Below, in pieces: positions 19,012-28,362 of a stretch of 52,341 bases of DNA. Within the stretch, counting starts at the first letter, position 1. Each line of letters opens with the position of its first letter. Below the pieces are notes generated by a model. That model saw only the letters and a list, made by a program, of their open reading frames with translations, had not been told where the DNA came from and searched no databases. The position numbers and the translations under genes were made by a program. Source of the stretch: an uncultured Christensenella sp. (lineage in GTDB: Bacteria > Bacillota > Clostridia > Christensenellales > UBA3700); contig CAJTZR010000002.1 of NCBI GenBank assembly GCA_910584035.1, positions 1 through 52,341 of the forward strand, in the 5' to 3' direction.

Positions 19012-19040
19012 TTGACGATTTTAGCAATTTATGGTATAAT
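19012..19040 (+). promoter_or_regulatory. Putative sigma-A promoter of the SDR gene
   Basis: TTGACG (19012-19017), 17 nt, TGgTATAAT (-10 at 19035-19040). Confidence 0.6.
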
Positions 19041-19068
19041 GTTAAAAACAAAAAATGAAAAGGTGAAT

Positions 19069-19794
19069 ATGGTAGCGATTGTAACTGGCGGTAGCAGAGG
19101 TATCGGAAAGGAAATAGTAAAAGCTTTTGTAGAGGTAGGCTACAAAGTAGCTTTTTGTTACCATAAAAGCCAACAAGAAGCTATGGAATTGAGCAATCAA
19201 TTAAATGGCAATGGTAACCTTAATTGTATAGCAGTTCAATGCGATGTAAGGAACTATGATAGCGTTAAAAATTTTGTACAAATGACTTTGGATGTTTTTG
19301 GCAGTATAGATATTGTAGTAAATAATGCTGGTATTGCTAATTATAATTTGCTTATGGACTTAAGTCAAAGTGAATGGCGTAATATTATGTCAACCAATTT
19401 GGATAGTGCTTTTTATATGTGTAATCAATGTATACCACATATGTTGGATAAAGGCGGTAGCATTATAAATATATCTAGTGTTTGGGGGATATATGGTTCT
19501 AGTATGGAGGTTGCCTATTCCGCATCAAAAGCGGGTTTAATAGGTTTTACAAAAGCTTTGGCACAAGAGGTCGGCAGTAGTAATATTAGAGTAAATTGCA
19601 TTGCTGCGGGCGTTATAAATACGGATATGAACAAAGTGCATAGTAAGGAAACTATTAACGATTTAATAGATAGAACTCCACTTTCAAGAATAGGTGAGGC
19701 GGAAGATATTGCACAAACAGCAGTGTATTTATCGTCTAGCAAAGCAAACTTTATAACTGGGCAAGTGATAGAAGTGAGTGGTGGTTTTAAATAG
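19069..19794 (+). CDS. SDR-family oxidoreductase (FabG/YmfI-like 3-oxoacyl reductase)
   Basis: VAIVTGGSRGIGKEI Rossmann motif, NNAG, and the S...YSASK catalytic motif. Start moved to ATG 19069 (AAAGGTG SD), because the ORF-track TTG 19006 lies inside the promoter. Confidence 0.8.
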   Translation: MVAIVTGGSRGIGKEIVKAFVEVGYKVAFCYHKSQQEAMELSNQLNGNGNLNCIAVQCDVRNYDSVKNFVQMTLDVFGSIDIVVNNAGIANYNLLMDLSQSEWRNIMSTNLDSAFYMCNQCIPHMLDKGGSIINISSVWGIYGSSMEVAYSASKAGLIGFTKALAQEVGSSNIRVNCIAAGVINTDMNKVHSKETINDLIDRTPLSRIGEAEDIAQTAVYLSSSKANFITGQVIEVSGGFK

Positions 19795-20044
19795 AATAAA
19801 CTTAATTATGGCTTATTTTAATGTTTTATAGGTAAAAATTTATGTAATAACTTAATTATTATTAATAAAAAAGTAGCCATTAATATGGTGAATAAACTTT
19901 AATTTAAGTTTTATAAATTTATAAAAAATCATAAAATTGATTAGAAAATTTAATAAATTTTTGAAAAATTAAACAACAATATTATAGAAAAGTATAATAA
20001 AGTTAGAGTTTAAACTTAAAAATAACCTTAAAAAGGAGAAAGAT

Positions 20045-20488
20045 ATGAAAATTTTATTATTGCAAGATGTAAAGTCACACGGCAAAAAAGGTGATATTAT
20101 AGAGGTAAATGACGGCTATGCAAAAAACTTTTTGATTAAAAAGAAAATGGCGATTCAAGCAACAAATCAAGTTATAAATGAAACAAATCAAAAAAAGGCA
20201 AGTGAACAAAGGAAACTTGAAATTGAAAGACAAGAGGCTATCAAACTTGCAGAAAGATTAAATGGTAACACTATTATTTGTCCAATTGCTTGCGGTGAAA
20301 ATGGTAAAATGTTTGGCTCTGTAACTGCAAAGGAAATAAGCGATGCATTGCTAAAAAGTGGTTATGATATTGATAAAAAGAAAGTTAACCTTAAAGAACC
20401 AATCAAGGCATTTGGTACATTTGTAGTAGAGGTTAAAGTTTATGCAAATGTAACTGCAACAATTAATATAAATGTGGTTAAAAAATAA
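20045..20488 (+). CDS. rplI: 50S ribosomal protein L9
   Basis: [31 protein letters not shown] is the canonical L9 N-terminus. 147 aa. AAGGAG SD. Confidence 0.92.
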   Translation: MKILLLQDVKSHGKKGDIIEVNDGYAKNFLIKKKMAIQATNQVINETNQKKASEQRKLEIERQEAIKLAERLNGNTIICPIACGENGKMFGSVTAKEISDALLKSGYDIDKKKVNLKEPIKAFGTFVVEVKVYANVTATININVVKK

Positions 20489-20504
20489 GGCAGTGGTAAA
20501 TTTT

Positions 20505-21134
20505 ATGGATAAAGTACATTTGATAAATCACATTTTGATAGACCACAAAATTGCAATTTTGAGAGATGAGACCACAAAAAGCAAACAATTTAGGGAAGTA
20601 ATTGAAGAAATTGCTATGTTGGAAACTTTGGAAGTTTTAAAAGACGCTCCAACAAAAAATATAATGGTAAAAACCCCACTTGAACAAGTTGAGCAAACAG
20701 TTATTAAGGAAAACAGCATTGTAATTGTGCCGATATTACGGGCAGGATTAGGTATGGTAAATGGCGTTACAGCACTTTTGCCAGCTGTGAAAGTTGGACA
20801 TATAGGAATGGCAAGGAATGAGCAAACATTAGAACCAGTGGAATATATGTGCAAGTTGCCAGAGAATATTGAGGATAAAATGGTTATTTTGCTTGACCCA
20901 ATGCTTGCAACGGGTGGTTCAGCGTGTGCTGCAATTCAAACATTAAAAAACAGAGGAGCAAAGAATATAAAAATGCTAAATATTTTGGCAGTGCCTGAAG
21001 GAATAAAAAGAGTAACTGAGCAACATCCTGATGTGGATATATATATTGCAAAAGTTGATAGATGTTTAAATGAAAATGGTTATATATTGCCTGGTCTTGG
21101 AGATGCAGGGGATAGAATTTTTGGAACATATTAA
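20505..21134 (+). CDS. upp: Uracil phosphoribosyltransferase
   Basis: HILIDHKIAILRDETT, the PRPP motif VILLDPMLATGGS, and the C-terminus YILPGLGDAGDRIFGT. Start at ATG 20505. The 20472 start overlaps the rplI end and adds non-homologous residues. Confidence 0.9.
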   Translation: MDKVHLINHILIDHKIAILRDETTKSKQFREVIEEIAMLETLEVLKDAPTKNIMVKTPLEQVEQTVIKENSIVIVPILRAGLGMVNGVTALLPAVKVGHIGMARNEQTLEPVEYMCKLPENIEDKMVILLDPMLATGGSACAAIQTLKNRGAKNIKMLNILAVPEGIKRVTEQHPDVDIYIAKVDRCLNENGYILPGLGDAGDRIFGTY

Positions 21135-21144
21135 AAGATAAAAA

Positions 21145-21174
21145 ATATCTGACTTAATTGTCAGATATTTTTTG
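21145..21174 (+). terminator. Intrinsic terminator after upp
   Basis: ATATCTGAC pairs with GTCAGATAT (9-bp stem, 6-nt loop), followed by TTTTT. Confidence 0.8.
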
Positions 21175-21217
21175 TAGTTGGTAAAGACAACCACTAGCTG
21201 TGCTGGTGTGAACATAA

Positions 21218-21333
21218 GAGTTTTAGCTATACGCAAATAAATATCGAGTGTAGCAAATGAGTGGCAAGTAAATGCAAACTACTAACAATAAAAGCTTAAA
21301 ATTAATATTTAAATATTAGTAGGGCAATAGTTG
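21218..21333 (+). ncRNA. Candidate structured element, copy 1 of a tandem pair
   Basis: About 115 nt, roughly 90% identical to 21464-21578 (9 substitutions and 1 indel by hand alignment). Contains the perfect 16-bp palindrome TAATATTTAAATATTA (21303-21318). The strong terminator hairpin at 21401-21423 follows. Confidence 0.4.
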
Positions 21334-21400
21334 TGATTGTTGGTAAATTGATAAGCCTATAGACTTGGAAAGGTACATACTCTAAGGAGGCAAAATCAAG

Positions 21401-21423
21401 CCACCAGCTTAGCTGGTGGTTTT
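21401..21423 (+). terminator. Orphan intrinsic terminator between the two repeat copies
   Basis: CCACCAGC-TTA-GCTGGTGG followed by TTTT. No annotated + strand gene ends here. A decayed copy (CCACTAGC-TGT-GCTGGTG) lies at 21191-21208. Confidence 0.65.
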
Positions 21424-21463
21424 GACTATAAAATAACTACTCACATTGCTGTTGTCAATATAA

Positions 21464-21578
21464 AAGCTTTAGCTATACGCAAATAAATATCAAGCGTAGC
21501 GAGTTAGTGGAAAGTAAATACAAACTACTAACAATAAAAGTTAAAATTGATATTTAAATATCAGTAGGGCAATAGTTG
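21464..21578 (+). ncRNA. Candidate structured element, copy 2
   Basis: See copy 1. Here the palindrome is TGATATTTAAATATCA (21548-21563); an A>G change in one arm is matched by T>C in the other. A weak hairpin plus T-run lies at 21730-21757. Confidence 0.4.
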
Positions 21579-21819
21579 CATTTATTATATCAATGTGTAT
21601 TACAAGTATGAAAAATATTACAATTTATATTGATTAAAAGGAGTTATAATTGTGAGAGTGAAATGTTAAAAACAAGCAATGCAAAGTTGTTATTAATGTT
21701 AATTTATCAATAATATTAGGTTCAATGTGAGCTATATTATAGCTTTTTCTTTTATTAATTCACAATGATAACATTAGGTTGGATAAAATACCATTTATCT
21801 AAAAGCCTATTGTAAATTA

Positions 21820-23856
21820 TTAGTTTTTGATATTTTTAATGTCAAAAGTAAACATCCCATCGCTATCATACCAAAGAGGGAAGTTGGTTGCCCACATATT
21901 GTTATGTAGTATAAATGTTAAACCGCAATTTTCAATATCTGCAACGCTATTATCAAAATTCAAAAGATTTCCGCCCTCTGTTGCAACAAGAGGACACTCT
22001 ATAGAGCTAAGCTCATAAGAGATATTTTGCTTTTTAAACTCTGCTTTTTGGATAACTGATAATTTACGTCCACCACCCGATACAACTCTTTTAGGGTCGA
22101 TTTTTGAAGAGATTTTTACAAAATTCATACTATCAAACACTGGATAAAAATGTGTGGCAGTGCTTTCTGTTGAGCGAACAGCATCTTTTTCTTTCCAAAT
22201 TATTTTTACATTTAAACCAATTGTTGAAAGAGTATATTCTACGGCAAGCTTGTGCGGAGCACCAACTTTATCGCAAGCGATTTGGTCACATTCAAAATTT
22301 GCAAAGATTTTTATATTATCCTCATTTTTTATAGAGGAGCAAGTTTTAATTTGATAATCAAATACTCCTTGAGGGTATTTGTCGTGACCATTTAAGCCAG
22401 GGTTCAGATTATCGGATACTGCCCATTGTTTATGGTGTCTTAAATATTGCTTGCCAAATAGTTCAAAGTCTTTTGCACCATAAGAGCGGTAGTTAACTAA
22501 AGGCTTGTCAATGCCATTAAGAATAAGTATATCAGCATAGTATAAATTTACACCGCCAAATTTACCAATTGCCAAAGTCCATTCCCCAAAAGTAATATTT
22601 GAACCAAAATCATATGGTAAAGACTCGTCTATTTTTGGAATATTTGTTGTTACCAACTCGTCAACAGCAGACATACCCTCTCTTTTCAATTCCTCTGGCA
22701 ATGCGGATATAGCTTTATCAATGTATAAAGATTGTTCAAGCCAACTCTTTTCAATACGTCCGTAAGTGTATTTAGCATCACCAAACTTGTTTGAGATAAA
22801 CGCTAAAAATCTGTAAGGGAAGTCACCAAAAATCCTTTTAGGTTTAACAATATTATAAATTTTAGCCTTTTTAAATTTATCTTTTTCGTAGTTTATGGTA
22901 TCGCAAAAATTCATTTTACTATCCATACCCCAAGTATGCTCACAAATGCAAATTAGATTGTCTGCAAACTTTTGATATTCTACGCTATCTTTAGTTATTT
23001 TTCCCTCTGCAAGCCATTTAGTTTTTAAGTTGCAAAGTCTGCGTAAAGCAGCCACTTTGAAAGGTGCGGTTGCAACTCCGTGTATCCAAGTGTCGCCAAT
23101 TTCCTCCTCAACAACAGGCAATTTGTCACGAACTGCCCAAAGACTTTCAGCAATGTCATCCAATCTGCCAGCAGATACCTCGTAATCAGGATATTTCTTT
23201 TTTAGTTTAGCAATTGTTTTAAGTATAGCCTTGCTACTGCGTGTGCCGTGATTGTCGGCAGCATTGTCAAAATACAATATTTCGTCAATATAAGGGCATT
23301 TAAATTCCCCACCATAGCCGTCAGCGTAAATTACAACAACTTCTTTGCCATCACATTTCCAAACAAAACATTCAGGTACTTTTGGATAAGCTGCAGCAGT
23401 GTTAATGCCAATGTATAATAGTTTTATGCCGTGGTCTGCAAGTATAGGCACTAAAGCTTTTGTATGCCCAGGAACATCTGTCATTTTACCTGCAATAGTC
23501 TTAACTCCGCTAATTTTATCTATTTTATCGACTATAGATAAATTATACTCAACTAAATCTTTATCCATTAGTTCGCTATGAGTTGTAAATGCCAGTGCGT
23601 GAGGGGCAATATTGCCTTCACGCAAAGCTTTTTCTGTTTTAAGCCTTAAATTTTCGTCTCCGCTTTCCAAAGCTTCTTTTATTAGCCACGAACCAGTCGT
23701 CCAAACAAAATTCTTTTTGCCATCTTTGTTTAAACTTTCAGCAAGGTCAATTGCGGACGGAATAAAGCTTTTTAGATATTTTTCTCTAACTTTTTCGGCA
23801 TAATCAGTAAAACCTAAGTCTAGGTGAGTTTTTGAAACTACAATTACTTTTTTCAT
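21820..23856 (-). CDS. GH38-like glycoside hydrolase (DUF5054-type)
   Basis: 678 aa. The N-terminus VVSKTHLDLGFTDYAEKV...FIPSAIDLA resembles the metal-binding N-terminal barrel of GH38/DUF5054 proteins as I recall them. AGGAGA SD. Last gene of the sugar operon. Confidence 0.5.
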   Translation of the reverse strand: MKKVIVVSKTHLDLGFTDYAEKVREKYLKSFIPSAIDLAESLNKDGKKNFVWTTGSWLIKEALESGDENLRLKTEKALREGNIAPHALAFTTHSELMDKDLVEYNLSIVDKIDKISGVKTIAGKMTDVPGHTKALVPILADHGIKLLYIGINTAAAYPKVPECFVWKCDGKEVVVIYADGYGGEFKCPYIDEILYFDNAADNHGTRSSKAILKTIAKLKKKYPDYEVSAGRLDDIAESLWAVRDKLPVVEEEIGDTWIHGVATAPFKVAALRRLCNLKTKWLAEGKITKDSVEYQKFADNLICICEHTWGMDSKMNFCDTINYEKDKFKKAKIYNIVKPKRIFGDFPYRFLAFISNKFGDAKYTYGRIEKSWLEQSLYIDKAISALPEELKREGMSAVDELVTTNIPKIDESLPYDFGSNITFGEWTLAIGKFGGVNLYYADILILNGIDKPLVNYRSYGAKDFELFGKQYLRHHKQWAVSDNLNPGLNGHDKYPQGVFDYQIKTCSSIKNEDNIKIFANFECDQIACDKVGAPHKLAVEYTLSTIGLNVKIIWKEKDAVRSTESTATHFYPVFDSMNFVKISSKIDPKRVVSGGGRKLSVIQKAEFKKQNISYELSSIECPLVATEGGNLLNFDNSVADIENCGLTFILHNNMWATNFPLWYDSDGMFTFDIKNIKN

Positions 23857-23938
23857 AATTTTCTCCTAAATTAAAAGAGTTGCAGTAGTGAATTTATAAA
23901 AATGATATAATTTCACAATATGCAACTCTAATTATTAA

Positions 23939-26587
23939 TTATTCAGCTGTAACAGAATTTAAAGCTTCTTCAGTAATAAGTTTTGCAAAAGCCTCACTTG
24001 CCAAAACATTCAACCAAAGTTTAATGCTTTGAGATTTATGTTTTGCCTCAGCAATAGCAGTTTTTTTGTTTTGAACTATCTCTTTTTTCATTGCTTTTAG
24101 TTTATTAGCATTGTGTTTTTCTTTTTTGATAGCGTCCATTTGCTTATTAAAGTCAACTGAGATTTGACTAATTGCAGAGGAATGTGCAAAAGACAAGCGG
24201 TCTATGTTGTTTATAATTTGATATTTTTTAGTGCTATATTCTTTATTAATATCACGTTTTGCAACTTTTGCAGCTTTTTTAATATCTTTAATTTGTTTAA
24301 TTAGTGCATTTTTTGCAGTTGTATCTGTTGTTTCTTTAAGTTTGCTATTTAAATTATCTAGTTCTGGCTTAGTTGAGTTGTTATAATTGTTTTTATAATT
24401 ATCTAGTTTAACTTTATGTTCAGCCTTAATAGTTACAAGTTCGTCTTTTAATTTAGCAATTGTAGCTTTATCTGTTTCAAAACGAGCAGTTTCTGCAACA
24501 AGTTTATTCGCTTTTTCAGACTTGTAATTTTTAATTTTTGCGTTGCAGTCAATTTTTAGTTGAATAGCATCAGTTTTATATTTAGCAACAAGTTCTTTAT
24601 CAGATAATAATTTTTTATAATTACTTAAATTTTGAGCAAAATCAGATTTTGCATTTTCAATATCTTTTTTCGCTGTAGCAACAATTTCAGTATGTTCTGC
24701 AATTGCTTTTACTTTCCATTCAGCAACAAAAACTTTTTTTCTTGCACTTAAAGCCTTTTGTTCTGCAACAATATTTGCAAGAGACTCTTTTCGTTTTGCT
24801 TTTAACTCAAGTTTTCTAGCCGCCTCTTTTTCTTTAATTGCTTTTTCAGCATCTTTTGAGCTTCCGCCATTTGCAATAATTTCTGCTCTAATCGCTTCAA
24901 GCTCTGCAAGGTATGCTTCTTTTGCCAGATTTTCTTCTTTTTGTTTTTCTTCAATTCTTGCCTTTTCTTTTTCAGCCAAAGCGATTTCTGCTTGTCTTTC
25001 AGCCTCTTTTTCAGCAAGGAAGTTGTTGTATGCCTCTTCAATTTCCTCTAAAGTAGCATTTTCCAAATGATTGTCTGCAATAACTTTTTTTCTGTCCAAG
25101 TTTTCCCTTATAATGGCCATTTTGTTTCTGTTTAATGTCGTAAATATAAAAGGAATTGCAGCAAGGAAACTTGCAATAACGACAAGTAAAATAAGTTCAC
25201 CATAAAAAGGATTTCTAATTGCTGGGTCAATAAGCATACTGTAATCTGCTTGAGCATTAGTAACTGTACCTACATTATATTTATTGCATATTATAGTAAA
25301 TGCTAGAGTAGATGCAACAGTACCTAAAGTAGAAATCATTAATTGGAAGTTTTGAGCAAATCCTTCAAGACGGACATTATCTCTATCTTGTTGGAAATCA
25401 AATCCGTCAGACATAATAGTATTTTGGATAATGTATTGTGGACCTAGTGCAAAATTGTATAGGAACAAACATATTAACATTACTACAACACCGCTTTTAT
25501 ATGTAAATAACATTAATAGAGCAGCGGCAGCATTTAGTGCGTGGAATATTACACCTGAACCACGACTGCCTAGCCATTTTATTAAAAGCGGAGCAAGAAT
25601 AATTCCTGGAGTAAAACCAAAACTTACAATTGTTTGAACAACACCTTGAATGGCAGTATCTCTCAATTGAAAGGCACAAATCCAAGGTAATAGCAATGTC
25701 AACCAACCTTTAAACCCATCAAAAAATTTGCTTATTGTAACAAGCCAAAACTCTTTATTTTTGCTAAGAAGTTTTAAACTAGTAAAGAAGCTAAGCTTGT
25801 TTTCTTTAGTTTCTTTAGCTTTAATATTCTCCATTGAGTCAGTGTCAGTTGTACGCTCTTTTGATGTATATAAAACTATCAAACCTAAACCAAAACCGAT
25901 TATTGCAAAGATAGGCATAAATACACGATAAGTCCAAACATTAGTCATTGCATTTTCTTTAGTAGCAAAGCACAATCCACAAATTGGCAATGCAGCTTGA
26001 ATTATACTTGGTCCAAGATTGCCAAGGAATTCAGAAAAGCCCATTATTTTTGTACGCTCTGATGATAGAGGACTTATTGTTTGAGAAATACCCATATAAG
26101 CATTGTTTATTAATTGTTGAGCAATAATAAAGATATTTATAAATATACAAAGCATAGTCATTGTTAAAGCTTTGTTAGGTTGGTCTGCAGGCAATATCCA
26201 GCCTGGAATAGGAACAAGCCAAGTAAGTCCGATAACGGCAAGAACACAAGGTATACCTGCCCAAATCAAGTAAGGTCTAAATTTACCGATTGGTGTATTG
26301 GTTTTGTCTTGTAGCCAACTGATTATTGGAGTTTTTAGAATACCAACACCAACGTTAGTGATAAGGAAAAGTATCATTATCTCGTTAGGCGATAATCCAT
26401 AAACAATAGCTGTAAACATACAAGTTGCAGCCAAGTTCATAAATTGCAATAATGAGGCAAAAGATTTTACACCCATTCCGCCAATGCTGAAACCAGCAAT
26501 CTCCTTATAAGCAACAAATTGTCCCTTTTGCGGTCTTGACCAGTATTTTCGTAGAGTTAGAAACCCTTTTTGAATTTTTTCTTTCAT
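23939..26587 (-). CDS. GPH/MFS-family glycoside:cation symporter fused to a long C-terminal coiled-coil tail
   Basis: The first ~495 aa form a 12-TM MelB/GPH-like domain (FVAYKEIAGFSIGGMG...). The last ~385 aa are Lys/Glu/Ala-rich with no TM segments (EKEAERQAEIALAEKEKARIEEKQKEE...). One continuous ORF. AGGGGT SD. Confidence 0.75.
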   Translation of the reverse strand: MKEKIQKGFLTLRKYWSRPQKGQFVAYKEIAGFSIGGMGVKSFASLLQFMNLAATCMFTAIVYGLSPNEIMILFLITNVGVGILKTPIISWLQDKTNTPIGKFRPYLIWAGIPCVLAVIGLTWLVPIPGWILPADQPNKALTMTMLCIFINIFIIAQQLINNAYMGISQTISPLSSERTKIMGFSEFLGNLGPSIIQAALPICGLCFATKENAMTNVWTYRVFMPIFAIIGFGLGLIVLYTSKERTTDTDSMENIKAKETKENKLSFFTSLKLLSKNKEFWLVTISKFFDGFKGWLTLLLPWICAFQLRDTAIQGVVQTIVSFGFTPGIILAPLLIKWLGSRGSGVIFHALNAAAALLMLFTYKSGVVVMLICLFLYNFALGPQYIIQNTIMSDGFDFQQDRDNVRLEGFAQNFQLMISTLGTVASTLAFTIICNKYNVGTVTNAQADYSMLIDPAIRNPFYGELILLVVIASFLAAIPFIFTTLNRNKMAIIRENLDRKKVIADNHLENATLEEIEEAYNNFLAEKEAERQAEIALAEKEKARIEEKQKEENLAKEAYLAELEAIRAEIIANGGSSKDAEKAIKEKEAARKLELKAKRKESLANIVAEQKALSARKKVFVAEWKVKAIAEHTEIVATAKKDIENAKSDFAQNLSNYKKLLSDKELVAKYKTDAIQLKIDCNAKIKNYKSEKANKLVAETARFETDKATIAKLKDELVTIKAEHKVKLDNYKNNYNNSTKPELDNLNSKLKETTDTTAKNALIKQIKDIKKAAKVAKRDINKEYSTKKYQIINNIDRLSFAHSSAISQISVDFNKQMDAIKKEKHNANKLKAMKKEIVQNKKTAIAEAKHKSQSIKLWLNVLASEAFAKLITEEALNSVTAE

Positions 26588-26655
26588 AATTTACCCCTAA
26601 ATTTAATTGAAAATTTTTATTTATCTTTTATTTACCTACGATTTTCAGCGTGTTT

Positions 26656-28305
26656 TTAATAAGTTTTTCCGTTACGAATGTTAAATTTAAATTGTTTATC
26701 AACGCCGTTTTCTGTATATTCTACAGCAATAATATCTTGTACTTCGAATTCAGCCTTTTTGATTTTGATTTCCTTTTCTGCAAAAGTATCTTTCAATACA
26801 GCCTTTTGTTCATCATTGTAATTTTTAATATCATCAGATATAAATAACAAACTACCAAAAGTTGAGTTTATTTCTGCAATTAACTTTCTTTGCTCAAATG
26901 TCATTTTCATATTTTCCTCACGCAAGAAAAATACATCTGGGTCATTCATCCAAGCTCTGCCGTCTAAATGCCGTCTAAAAATTGCATTGCTTGTAGCGTG
27001 TGGGTTAGAGCAGTCTTCTCTTATTGTGTTTTTGTTTACCCAGTTTTCTGTAATATCTGCCCCTATTCTGCAATAGTCTACTTTACCAAACGCTGGGAAC
27101 ATAGGAACACCACAACCTAATATCATTTTGTTGCCTACACATTCACGTATAAAGTCCATAGCATCTGTCATTATCTCACCACGGCTTTTATTGTGCATAG
27201 GAAGAACACAAGCACCATATAAAAAGTCAAGTTTAACCAAGTCATAGCCCCACTCATTTAGTACAACGTCAAAGCAATGACGGATATATTCTCGTGCTTC
27301 TTCATTGTAAATGTCTATTGAGTAAAAACCGCCCCAGTTGTGACCAGTTTTATATGGGTTGCCTTTTTTATCTTTAATAAACCAGTCTGGGTGATTTTTA
27401 AATACTTTAGAACTAGGTACGCCAGCAAAAGGTGCAAGCCATAAGCCAGCAAGCATTCCGCTTTGGTGAATGCTGTCTGCCACAGCTTTCATTCCGTTAG
27501 GGAATTTCTTTTTATCAGTAATCAACCAGTCACCAATTGCTTGTTGGTAGCCATCATCAATTTGGAAGCAATCAAATTTTATATCTTGATTAACTATGCT
27601 TGCCAAATCTCTATTTACAATATCTGCATTTATGTTGCTGTAATAATTGTACCAAGTAGTGTAGCCTTTACGTTTTTTAGTCTCACGACAAGGAGTGCCA
27701 ATTAACTTAAAGTACTCGTCAAAAGCATTGTCATATTCACCACTAACAAAAGCAAACTCTAAAAGTTTACTTTCTTGAGTATAAGTAACACCCTCTAACT
27801 CTTTAGATATAATTACTTGATTATTATTGCAATCAAAAGATACAACAGTATAGCCATATTTTTCTGTCAAAGTACCAAAAATGTTTACATTATTGCCATT
27901 GCGAACATATCCGTAAGACCAGCCATAGAAAAAGCCTTTTTTTCTAGGGAATTTCCAAAAATTACCATCTCCAGATTTTGAAAGTCCCATACTTTTGCCA
28001 AAAGAATGCATAATATAAAACTCAGTTGAGCGAGAAAGCTCTTTCATTTGCCAGTTAGGCTCATATTCCATACTATCTGTCCAACTTTGATATCCGTTAA
28101 CAAAAATCTTGTCATTATTGCCATATGTATAGGGTATAATAATGTCAAATTTTTCAAAACTAATAGGACATTTTGGATTGATTGCAATGCTAAGTACATT
28201 ATCTTTTTCCTCAACATTCAAACTAAAATGCTCGCAACTTTCACTATTGCAAACGTGCTTAGCACCACCAGCTATATAAACTATACTATAGCTTAAATTT
28301 CTCAT
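26656..28305 (-). CDS. Alpha-galactosidase (small GH36-type, TmGalA-like)
   Basis: 549 aa with GYTTWYNYY, FQIDDGYQQAIGDW, GLWLAPF and LVKLDFLY motifs, typical of the (beta/alpha)8 melibiase fold. GGAGGA SD. Confidence 0.8.
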   Translation of the reverse strand: MRNLSYSIVYIAGGAKHVCNSESCEHFSLNVEEKDNVLSIAINPKCPISFEKFDIIIPYTYGNNDKIFVNGYQSWTDSMEYEPNWQMKELSRSTEFYIMHSFGKSMGLSKSGDGNFWKFPRKKGFFYGWSYGYVRNGNNVNIFGTLTEKYGYTVVSFDCNNNQVIISKELEGVTYTQESKLLEFAFVSGEYDNAFDEYFKLIGTPCRETKKRKGYTTWYNYYSNINADIVNRDLASIVNQDIKFDCFQIDDGYQQAIGDWLITDKKKFPNGMKAVADSIHQSGMLAGLWLAPFAGVPSSKVFKNHPDWFIKDKKGNPYKTGHNWGGFYSIDIYNEEAREYIRHCFDVVLNEWGYDLVKLDFLYGACVLPMHNKSRGEIMTDAMDFIRECVGNKMILGCGVPMFPAFGKVDYCRIGADITENWVNKNTIREDCSNPHATSNAIFRRHLDGRAWMNDPDVFFLREENMKMTFEQRKLIAEINSTFGSLLFISDDIKNYNDEQKAVLKDTFAEKEIKIKKAEFEVQDIIAVEYTENGVDKQFKFNIRNGKTY

Positions 28306-28333
28306 AATTCCTCCATAAAATCAATACAAATTT

Positions 28334-28362
28334 ATTATATCATATCAAAAAATAAAAGTCAA
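28334..28362 (-). promoter_or_regulatory. Putative sigma-A promoter of the alpha-galactoside operon
   Basis: Minus strand reads TTGACT (28362-28357), 17 nt, TGaTATAAT (-10 at 28339-28334). It ends 28 nt upstream of ATG 28305. Confidence 0.55.

Noticed and set aside
19006-19068. N-terminal extensions proposed by the ORF track (19006 TTG for the SDR, 20472 for upp, 17958 TTG for yyaC, 40702 TTG for the giant protein, 7105 GTG for mnmG)
   Set aside because: In each case a downstream ATG has a properly spaced SD. The extension either covers a promoter or SD or adds residues absent from the conserved N-terminus.
21638-21713. AAAGGAG-led micro-ORFs after the second tandem element (GTG 21652, 5 codons; ATG 21663, 16 codons MLKTSNAKLLLMLIYQ)
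   Set aside because: They are too short and unsupported by any homology I can recognise. They are mentioned only as context for the tandem-element finding.
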